The notes below the pieces were generated by a model, which was not told the origin of the DNA, searched no databases, and worked only from the letters and a program-made list of their open reading frames with translations. Below, in pieces: positions 29,001 to 41,000 of a stretch of DNA of 64,000 bases. The stretch's first letter is position 1; each line of letters begins with the position of its first letter. The translations under genes were made by a program, and so were the position numbers. Source of the stretch: Nemertoderma westbladi (lineage: Eukaryota; Animalia; Xenacoelomorpha); assembly GCA_032718475.1 (NCBI GenBank), contig JAUCBJ010004880.1:23340-87339 (forward strand). The letters are read 5' to 3'.

Positions 29001-32000
29001 GTAAACCACCCACGGCTACTGTAGGTAAACCAACTACGGCTACTGTAGGTAAACCAACCACGGCTACTGTAGGTAAACCAACTACGGCTACTGTAGGTAA
29101 ACCAACCACGGCTACTGAAGGTAAACCAACCACGGCTACTGTAGGTAAACCAACCACGGCTACTGAAGGTAAACCAACTTCGGCTACTGTAGGTAAACCA
29201 TCCATGGCTACTGTAGGTAAACCAACCACGGCTACTGTAGGTAAACCAACCACGGCTACTGAAGGTAAACCAACTTCGGCTACTGTAGGTAAACCATCCA
29301 TGGCTACTGTAGGTAAACCAACCACGGCTACTGAAGGTAAACCAACTACGGCTACTGTAGGTAAACCAACTACGGCTACTGTAGGTAAACCAACCACGGC
29401 TACTGTAGGTAAACCAACCACGGCTACTGAAGGTAAACCAACCACGGCTACTGTAGGTAAACCAACTACGGCTACTGTAGGTAAACCAACCACGGCTACT
29501 GTAGGTAAACCAACTACGGCTACTGTAGGTAAACCAACTATGGGTACTGTAGGTAAACCAACTACGGCTACTGTAGGTAAACCAACCACGGCTACTGAAG
29601 GTAAACCAACTTCGGCTACTGTAGGTAAACCATCCACGGCTACTGAAGGTAAACCAACCACGGCTACTGTAGGTAAACCAACCACGGCTACGCTACTGTA
29701 GGTAAACCAAACACGGCTACTGTAGGTAAACCAACCACGGCTACTGAAGGTAAACCAACTTCGGCTACTGTAGGTAAACCATCCATGGCTACTGTAGGTA
29801 AACCAACCACGGCTACTGTAGGTAAACCAACCACGGCTACTGAAGGTAAACCAACTTCGGCTACTGTATGTAAACCATCCATGGCTACTGTAGGTAAACC
29901 AACCACGGCTTCTGTAGGTAAACCAACCACGGCTACTGTAGGTAAACCAACCACGGCTACTGTAGGTAAACCAACTACGGCCACTGTAGGTAAACCATCC
30001 ACGGCTACTGAAGGTAAACCAACTACGGCTACTGTAGGTAAACCAACCACGGCTACTGTAGGTAAACCAACTACGACTACTGTAGGTAACCCAACCACGG
30101 CTACGCTACTGTAGGTAAACCAACCACGGCTACTGTAGGTAAACCAACCACGGCTACTGTAGGTAAACCAACCACGGCTACTGTAGGTAAACCAACTATG
30201 GCCACTGTAGGTAAACCACCCACGGCTACTGTAGGTAAACCAACTACGGCTACTGTAGGTAAACCAACCACGGCTACTGTAGGTAAACCAACTACGGCTA
30301 CTGTAGGTAAACCAACCACGGCTACTGAAGGTAAACCAACCACGGCTACTGTAGGTAAACCAACCACGGCTACTGAAGGTAAACCAACTTCGGCTACTGT
30401 AGGTAAACCATCCATGGCTACTGTAGGTAAACCAACCACGGCTACTGTAGGTAAACCAACCACGGCTACTGAAGGTAAACCAACTTCGGCTACTGTAGGT
30501 AAACCATCCATGGCTACTGTAGGTAAACCAACCACGGCTACTGAAGGTAAACCAACTACGGCTACTGTAGGTAAACCAACTACGGCTACTGTAGGTAAAC
30601 CAACCACGGCTACTGTAGGTAAACCAACCACGGCTACTGAAGGTAAACCAACCACGGCTACTGTAGGTAAACCAACTACGGCTACTGTAGGTAAACCAAC
30701 CACGGCTACTGTAGGTAAACCAACTACGGCTACTGTAGGTAAACCAACTATGGGTACTGTAGGTAAACCAACTACGGCTACTGTAGGTAAACCAACCACG
30801 GCTACTGAAGGTAAACCAACTTCGGCTACTGTAGGTAAACCATCCACGGCTACTGAAGGTAAACCAACCACGGCTACTGTAGGTAAACCAACCACGGCTA
30901 CGCTACTGTAGGTAAACCAAACACGGCTACTGTAGGTAAACCAACCACGGCTACTGAAGGTAAACCAACTTCGGCTACTGTAGGTAAACCATCCATGGCT
31001 ACTGTAGGTAAACCAACCACGGCTACTGTAGGTAAACCAACCACGGCTACTGAAGGTAAACCAACTTCGGCTACTGTATGTAAACCATCCATGGCTACTG
31101 TAGGTAAACCAACCACGGCTTCTGTAGGTAAACCAACCACGGCTACTGTAGGTAAACCAACCACGGCTACTGTAGGTAAACCAACTACGGCCACTGTAGG
31201 TAAACCATCCACGGCTACTGAAGGTAAACCAACTACGGCTACTGTAGGTAAACCAACCACGGCTACTGTAGGTAAACCAACTACGACTACTGTAGGTAAC
31301 CCAACCACGGCTACGCTACTGTAGGTAAACCAACCACGGCTACTGTAGGTAAACCAACCACGGCTACTGAAGGTAAACCAACTTCGGCTACTGTAGGTAA
31401 ACCATCCATGGCTACTGTAGGTAAACCAACCACGGCTACTGTAGGTAAACCAACCACGGCTACTGTAGGTAAACCAACCACGGCTACGCTACTGTAGGTA
31501 AACCAACCACGGCTACTGTAGGTAAACCAACCACGGCTACTGTAGGTAGACCAACTACGGCTACTGTAGGTAAACCAACCACAGCTACTGTAGGTAAACC
31601 AACTACGGCCACTGTAGGTAAACCATCCACGGCTACTGTAGGTAAACCAACTACGGCTACTGTAGGTAAACCATCCATGGCTACTGTAGGTAAACCAACC
31701 ACGGCTACTGTAGGTAAACCAACCACGGCTACTGAAGGTAAACCAACTTCGGCTACTGTAGGTAAACCATCCATGGCTACTTCAATTTGTATAATAGTGG
31801 GGTATGGAATATCACTAAATTCATAGAAATAGCAATTTCTTTTGCTTAGAGATTTCAAAAATATTTTCAGCCTATCAGGCTCATCAGTAGCCCTTAACCA
31901 GTTCAGCAACTTTCCCCTGACACTTACTCTCCTAGACAGGCAGTCTTAAGTTGCAGTCATATCTCTAACAGCGGACCCAAGTATGTTAGAGTGAAACAAA

Positions 32001-35000
32001 GGGAAGTACAAATAAATAAATATTCAGCTCGAGTATTATTGCTGCCAGGTGATATTAATTAAATGAATTAGAGTTGAGCTGTTATGTAACTGTAATGAAT
32101 GGTTTAGCAAATGGCTGAACTGGTTAGCGCTACTGGTAAGGCCGGATATGCCGAAACGTGCGTATAGCGTTGGTTCAACCCCCTGTGACGTGCTTCCTCA
32201 TTTTTTCCATTTCTGAACAAAACATTACAGTTGCATAAAAACATAACTCCAATTTATTAAAAAAATTCCATTGTTATTTGGATTTGTAAATATAATAACT
32301 GCATATTATTTAACATGAATTACAAAATTAAATAAGTTATGTTACCATTGTTAATATTAATTCTAGACATCAACCCATTTAGTCGAGTTAGACGGCATCG
32401 ACGAATTATGAGATGCTGTAAATGTGAGAAAAGATTCCGATTGGCTCTTAAACGCGTCGTTAAATCCGACACATTTTACTGGGGAGTCATCATGGTGGTG
32501 TTCCTTAACACTGTATTCGTATCATTGGAGCACTACGACCAACCGGAATGGTTGACAACTTTCCTAAGTATGTAATACTACTTACTACTACTATAATCGG
32601 CTTGCTGTATACATACAGGTATACATGTATATTATATATATGTACATGAATTGATGAATACATATATAAATTTATATATGTATAAATATGTAGAGATACG
32701 TTAGGATCTCAAAATTAATAACACCCTGATATGTAGGGTAAAATAGTTCATTATACCAGTGCCTTCAATCAATATATTACATATCAAGATTATTAATTCA
32801 CTCATTAATTTTATGTTTTTGATTTAATTCACAATTAATTATGTTGATTATTTAATTCAACTTTGAAATATTTACTTCTTTACAAGTAGAATAACAAAAA
32901 TAATTATTTCACTACTTCAACTAAACAGTAGCTAAACAATTTATACTTCTTCTTTTTTTTAAAGTATTTGTTCGCCTTTGAATATCGAATTTTCAATACA
33001 AAATATTATTTAAAATTTCAGTTCAGTTTAGCAGAAACAAAACTGTTTTAACACGAATTTAACAAGATTTTAACCTGGAATTTCAAACAATATTTTACGA
33101 TAATTCAAATTTAAATTCATTGTGTTTCAGATATTACGGAGATAGGATTTCTGGGTCTATTTATTTTGGAAATATTAATAAAGTTGTATTCCTTATCACC
33201 TCGGTTGTACTTTAAGAGTTCATTCAATTGCTTTGATATTGTGGTAAGTATAATCGGGTATATGTGTAATACAATTAATTAATTATATAATTAAATAAAT
33301 GTATTAAAATTTACTCTATTGGAAAATTATTTGCGGAAAATGATTACACACAGATCTTACAGCCAAACATAAGTAAATTACAATTACCATTACATAACCT
33401 ATAGTTTCATCGTCGGCTTGATTAGAAAGTGGATTGCTCTATGAAAGGAAATTTCTTCATGCAAAACTTTCAAACCGTAAAGGTCTTTATTGCGAAAATA
33501 TTTTCTAACGAAATTTAAACGTGACCAAAATATGACGTAGGTGGTAGGATGGTTGTGGGGCGATCCACGTAAGTCTACGCGAGCTTTAGTTGAGGAGTCG
33601 TTGTTTTTGTTGTAGTCATCGTCGTTGTCGACGCTAATAAGTCACAATTTGGAAAACATGTAGTCTATAAAAGGTTAAGGCCAGACTTATATTGTTCATC
33701 TAAAAACCGCTAGGCGACTGGCGACTGACTAGGTCCACTATTTGTACCTCTACGCAAGGGCTCGCCTGTGCGAAGTTCCAAGGTATGTGTTCGCATACTG
33801 ATTGTTCTTATATGTGGGGCGAGCCACGAAGTTGGCGGAGCCTTAGCGAATTGACACTGTTAGGGGGTGGGTCAATTTATGCAAATAGTTGTCGTCGTCG
33901 TTGTCGTCGTCGTCGTCGTTGTCGTCGTCGTCGTCGTCGTCGTTACGATTTTGACATGCTAATAACTTTGTCGGATTTAAAGCTGCCAAGTTGAAAATTT
34001 GTAGGTATCAATATGAGCAAAAGTTGAGATTTTTGAGAGACTTTCAGACACCATCAGTGCAATGGTCTCCCGCTAGAGGGCCACATGTCTAAACATTAAA
34101 TGCCCTCCCATTTCTTTGCTTTTAATCCGTTTAAGCTGAAACTTGGCAGATATGTATTAGACCATTAGCTGTGACTTTCAAAGGAGGCGAATCCATCTGC
34201 AGTTCTCCAGTCTGCCGCTAGAGGGCCAACGTGACTATTTGCATAAATTGACCTACCCCCTAACAGTGTCAATTCGCTAAGGCTCTGCCAACTTCGTGCT
34301 GCGCGAAGTCCCCACTTCGTGTATTATTATGTAGATATTTATATGTACTTGGTGTAATTATATTGTTTATAGTATCATTGTGTTACATGTGCTATATAGT
34401 AGCATTAGCTTTAAAAAGATAGGGCCTACTCATTTAACTATCAGTAAATATTTCCGTATTTTATACTCTTACTAACTAAACTGCATATGCTGGGATGTAA
34501 TAGCCGAGTCCTAGTGGTATATGTATTGTATTGGGGTTTTAATTATCTTTATTTTCGTCATTTTAGGTGCTGATATCCAGTATATGTGAGGAAATTTGGG
34601 TAATATTCTTCAGACAGGAGTCAACGGGTTTTGGTATAAGCACCTTGCGAGCATTGAGATTACTTCGTATATTCAAAGTTACACAGTAAGTCTAAAACAG
34701 AGTGAAAGTTTATTAGTGTAAAATATGATGCATTTTAAACTGCAATAAATATGAATTTCGACACGATTGATTTGGCAGCTAAGGGATTGGTGCACCTTCA
34801 CTAGGTGCACCTTCACTAGGTTGTCACTGGCCTTGAAGATGCGGATAATTTCGCGAAAGTCATGGGGGATAGGGAGTTGTGACGGCGCAATTTTGTTGAT
34901 AAGTCGGCACAGCATTCTTAATGTACGCTGCATTAGAGCATGCCAATAATTGTGGATTGAATGGTGGATGCAAAAATATTTTGAGATACTTTTTAATAAT

Positions 35001-38000
35001 TTTTTAGTGGATATTATTAAGCCAGCATAGAATGTCACTGTACAGCTTCAATGCGGCAGGTCGATCATAGTAGTAGTAGTAGTAGTAGGTTAACAAAACA
35101 TAATGAAAATAATTAAAATTTACTTGGTCCACACGCACGTGGAAATGACCACTGGCGATTCTGCGTCCCAGAAAGCACAAATAAAATGTTCATATCAGCA
35201 CTTATTACGTTTTTACTTATCTTGAAAATTTCAACATTTTGAGTACCACACCACGCCTACTGTTTAGAGCCAATAAAATAGTGGCATATCGGTCATTTTA
35301 AATGCGTTGAACTTTTTGCCAATAATTTGTGCAGAAAAACCACAGAAAAGCCAAGAATATTGATAAAATCATAACATTATACATTAGAGCAAAATCTAAA
35401 ATTAAAATAATTTTAACGAGCCACGCCCTACAATTTCAGGGCCTCAACAATGGCAGACCTAAGAAAAACTTGTATATTTTGAAAAAAGTGAAAAAAGCTT
35501 CAAGGGAATATACATAATTTGACATCACAATAATCCGTGATAAGTGTTACATAAAAGTTAATAAAATAAATTATTTGTGATATTTTTAAGTTTTGATGTT
35601 TAGGAAGGTTACTGTTAGGTGATACGGCAAACTTCTTAAAATTTAGAAAGAGATTTTAAAAGTTTAAAAGAGTTGCTGTGAAGGTTGGAAAGTGTTTCAG
35701 TTTAAATAAATTATAATTATTGTATTTCAATTTTTATTTATTTGGTTTACAGATACTGGAGATCATTGAGAAATCTTGTTGTATCTCTTATTTGGTTTAC
35801 AGATACTGGAAATCATTTAGAAATCTTGTTGTATCTCTTATTTGGTTTACAGATACTGGAGATCATTGAGAAATCTTGTTGTATCTCTTATTTGGTTTAC
35901 AGATACTGGAAATCATTGAGAAATCTTGTTGTATCTCTTATTTGGTTTACAGATACTGGAAATCATTGAGAAATCTTGTTGTATCTCTGCTGAATTCAAT
36001 CCGCTCGATCTTATCTCTGTTGTTTCTGTTATTTTTATTCATTCTTATATTTGCTCTCCTCGGGATGCAGCTATTTGGAGGAAGGTGTGTTATGATTATC
36101 TATCATATATATACCTTATTATCTATAAATACTCGTTTCATACCTCATGAAACAACCCCATCCGTACACACTACAGTACAAAGTTGGTAAGCATTAAATA
36201 TGATTGAATATCAGAAGATTCGTATATAAAAAATAGAATATTATACAATATAATATCGGACTAATTAGATGGTACAAAGTACTACAAATCTCATTCTCTT
36301 CCGAGATCCCATGTAAGGCACTCCATAACTGAATTAATTAAACTATAAAAACATTAGTCGTCTACATGAATGAGTTTTTCATGAGCCAGCAAAACTGCCT
36401 CATGTATATAGCGAAATCAATTATACTAAATTTCAGTATTTTTCTGGAAAATTGCTGTCATGGACCTGGACTGTTGCGTTCTACATTTAAAATTACTCTG
36501 CGTCCTATTTTTATATTTTTTATTTTTCATTTTCTATATTTCGTTTTCATATCTGTAATTAATTGTTGTACACATCGTTTGCCGTGTAGTTGAAAAGTTA
36601 TTTGTAAAGCGGCATTCTTGAAATATAGGTAGCTGGGGCTCTATAAATATAAATTATTATTCAGTCCTTAACTTACCTTTGATTCACAAACATGAAATAC
36701 ATTATGACATACCTCCCCCTATTGAGTTGGCAATAGGGTTAGTGCGTGAAAAAATTGTTGGGCTAGAAACAAATGAATGAAGGGTAAGAAGAAGGTGCTC
36801 TGAATCGAGTGACAGGGGTGTTTTTTGTAAAAACACGAGGAAACGGTCGAAATGATGGGTTTAAGTAAGCGCGGGAGGCCAATTTTGAAAATCGGCTGTG
36901 ATTGGCTGCTACATATTTGATGTCATTACGCTGTGATCTGATCATTTTTTATATTGGTTTCTATGGATAGAGTTTTCGATCAATTCAAATACACATTAAA
37001 TCTCAATCATTTCAGACGTGGCTTATATCAATTGAAAGCGGAGAGTCTTTGCGCGTATTTTGACACTATAATTAATTAAATTCATATAGGGGAAGATTGA
37101 TAAAATGCTGTTTACAATTACAAACTCGGCAGATTGCCTGACCGGTATTTAAGCAGCACTCAGCCTTTTGTAGTATTTGAGTATTGCAGATTTACTTCAT
37201 TAAGTAGGGTTTACCGGTGACGGGAACACATTTTTAATATTCAAATAGCCTACCAACCAATTATTACTGTACTACAGTATAGAACCGGTTGACCGGTGTC
37301 CTAGGCGATATGCCCACCCCCCCCCCCCCCCCCCCCCCTCCCCATCGACTTAAGTAGGCCTATAGTAATATTGCAGTACAGCAGTAGGCCTAGCCAGCAC
37401 TTTTGTTTGTTTTTTTGGTTAGGGTTAGTTGGTCTTGCCCAAACCCTAATTAAAACTGTTATGTAACCCTAACCCTAAGTCATGAGGCTCTAGTCTAATA
37501 AATTTTGTGGAATTTTGGACCCTTGCCATTGGCCCTCGGTTTCGGGTCACCCTTTCACTTTGAATTAGGGTTTCGGACCGCCACTCTCGAAATCTGGGGT
37601 GAAAATGCTCTGGAGGGCATTTGGCGCTAGGTGAAAATGCCCGGGGTGAGGCATTTTCGCCTGCGACACCGGTATTACTTTGGTGTTATTTTAAACACAC
37701 CCCGTCACTCGATTCAGGGCACCTTCTTACCCCTTATTTATTTGTTACTAGCTCATCAATTTTTTCGCGCACCAACCCTATTCGGTGTTTTCATTATGCT
37801 GCTCAAAAATTTAGTGGCATTAGATTGTGGGACGAGCCACAAAGTCTTATAGAGATGTTATTTGCATAAATTACAGTGAATGTCACTCAGAGTCAACTTC
37901 ACAAATCACGATTAAAGTTTCACACTCCACAATGCAAAATAAAATCCTGTATGATATGGTTCCGAGACTTTCGGGGCATGAAATCCCCACAAGGTGTGGG

Positions 38001-41000
38001 TGTAAAAAGACCTCACCGACAATTATTCCTGGAAGAGACAATTATTCCTGACTTTTTGAGAAACAGATAAACTTTTGATTTAATAACTGAGTTAATCAAT
38101 TTATGTACAAATTGCATTGTCACATTTGAAATCAGCAATCAGCAATTTTTAATCACTATAGAGAAATGCCGGCAGACTCAAAAACAAAGCCATCCAAATC
38201 ATTCTGATGATACTTAAGTCAAGTCTGTTTAATTTTAATTGTTATAGGTTTAACTTCAAGGATGGAAAACCAGCGGCAAATTTTGATAATTTCCCTATTG
38301 CGATGATTACTGTTTTCCAAATACTCACTGGGGAAGACTGGAATGAGGTTATGTACAATGGCATTAAAAGTCGATCCACTCCGGACACAAATCCCCATTT
38401 GAATATGTTGTTTGCTGCATACTACGTTGTACTGTGTCTGTTGGGTTAGTAGTTTAATTTATTATTTTTCATTTACAAATACCAAATATAAAAATACAAA
38501 TATAAAAGAAAATAAAATAAAAAAGGCCATTAACGCAAGACATCATGATGTCCATATGGCGTTATTATTTTCACATTATTGCTTCAGCCACACGTTATGG
38601 AACGGGGTCATCTGTGGAGTGCAGGCTTCCCAGGGCTCATGGTAGGTGATGCATATGGCCTAATATGGTTGTGTCGGGAGTTTCGGCTGTGCAGGATTTT
38701 GGCTGCACACTATAGTGCACAATAGGTATATAGCCGTTTGAAATGTTGGTAATTCAAGTTGATGGCTCTCAGTCTACATGCCCATCGATAAATAGAATCC
38801 CTGATGGATAAAGTCTTTAGGATATAGGCTTCACTTCCTGGCGACTGCAGGATGTCCTACAACTGGTCGACACAACTGATGCCTTCTGCCTTCCCTCTGC
38901 CGATCCGACAAATCGCTGAGATCATGGTTGTTAATCGCGAGTAGTATCTCACAATGTTATGGAAGGATGGGTGGGGGGGTTATTATTTATGACCAAGAGT
39001 TCAAGAGCTATTGTTCAAGAGTTAATATGTATTTGTTTTGTTAAAAAATTAATTTAATTTAATATTAATCATTAAGGGGAAGGAGCAGGCTGCAGTGGTG
39101 GTGGTTTTCACCAAAAATTAAACTAACTTTATTTCCTTATAAACAAAAAGTGGAGAAACAGCATGATCAACTGCAAGGCATACAGCTCGTTCAACCTAAT
39201 TGGTTCGGACCACATAATTGTGTCTGCAGAGATCAGACTCAGTTTGAGAGCCATCAAACCCAGGACAAGCAAGCAAATCAACTATGACTGGGAGAAACTC
39301 AGAACTGACAATGCAGTAAAGGATACTTACACAGTAGAAGTACAAAACCGCTTTGAAGCACTTCAGTCAATGAATGAAGGCCAGTCCACCAATTCAATAT
39401 ACCAGAATATAATAACAGTCCACAAGGAATCAGCTAGGAGGCATATCCCCCAGAAACCCAAACACAGTATGTGCCATGGAAAAACTCTGAGGTTACTTGT
39501 AAGAGAGAAGATCTTAAAATAGCCTACAAAGTAAAAACCGAACAACCAACAACCGAAAACATTAACAAGTTTGAGAAAGCTGAGGACGATCTTAAATTGG
39601 CCTACAACATCAGCCAGGAGAAGTACATACAGGATAAAACTGAGGCAATTACAACTGCATACATACAGCAACAATCAAGACTTACCTGACAAACTGTAAA
39701 TGAGGTATCTGGTCGGAAAAGTTGTGCAAAGAGGCGCCTCAAAGCCGATAGTCCTGAAGAATATGTTGGGAAGTGGAAAAATCACTTCAGCAACTTGCTT
39801 GGGCAGCCACCAAACATCGAGGTCAGCCCTACGAGGAAAATATATGACAAGACACTACCTATAGAAACAGGGGACTTCACACCTGCCGAACTCCAAAGAA
39901 GCATTAAAAGCATGTCCAATAATAAAGCTAGTGGATTAGATGAAATCCCAGCGGAGGTATGGAAAACTGAAGTGCTAAACAGACCATTATTGAATGTTTG
40001 CAACCAGATGTTAAAAGGGGAAAAGCCACCACCAATTTGGACTAAAGGTCAACTAAATCCTCTCCCCAAGAAAGGAGACCTCGGTATCCGACCAACAAAC
40101 TATCATGGGATCTGTCTGCTTGTGGTAGCTGCCGAAATATACAATAAAATTATTCTTTATAGGATTAGGCCTCACATAGAGAAACTACTGCGTAAGAGCC
40201 AAAACGGATTTTGACCAAATAGATCAATAAAATCTCAGATACTTGCACTGGAGACTGATTGAAGGAATTAAGTCAAAGAAATCTCCCCACAGTCATGACT
40301 TTTGTGGACTTCAAGAAGGCATTCGACTCCATCCATAGAGGTAAAATGCTTGAAATCCTAAGAGCTTATGGAATACAAGAAGTAATTGATGCTGGCATTG
40401 GATTGTTATATTGTGACACAGAAGCACAGGTACTGTCACCAGATGGTGAAACTGAGTTTTTCTCAATCCTGGCTGGCGTACTGCAAGGTGACACATTAGC
40501 ACCACTACTATTTGTAATTGTGCTGGATTACGCAATGAGGACGGCCACAAAGGGTGAAGACCTGGGATTCACACTTCAAGAACGCAGAAGTAGTAGATAT
40601 CCGGCAACTACAGTTACAGACACCGACTTTGCGGATGACATCGCCCTGCTCTCTAATACCTTAGCAGATGCACAGTTTCTACTAAATAAAGTGGAGAGGG
40701 CTATTAAGGAGGTTGGATTGCATATAAATGCTACCAAGATCTAATTCATGACCTTTAATGTTGATGGAAACTTGACAACCAATGATAATAATCAACTAAG
40801 GAAGGTCGACGACTTCCAGTACCTTGGATCATGGATAGAGAGTAGCAAAAAGGACATAGTTAGGAAAGCAAAGGTTTGGGTAGCTCTATCAAAAATGGAT
40901 ACCATCTGGTAATCAGATCTCTCCAGGCACCTGAAGACTAAGTTCTTTCAAGCCACAGTGGAAAGTGTATTTTTATACGGGGGTGAGACCTGGACACTGA

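Noticed and set aside
26520-31781. CRISPR-like array
   Set aside because: No unique spacers; it is a head-to-tail minisatellite in a eukaryotic intron.
26388-31909. Long mucin- or antifreeze-like ORFs (TVGKPTTA)n and (VVGLPTVA)n
   Set aside because: By-products of a stop-free 24-bp repeat: open on both strands, out of frame with the channel exon and broken by 5-bp insertions.
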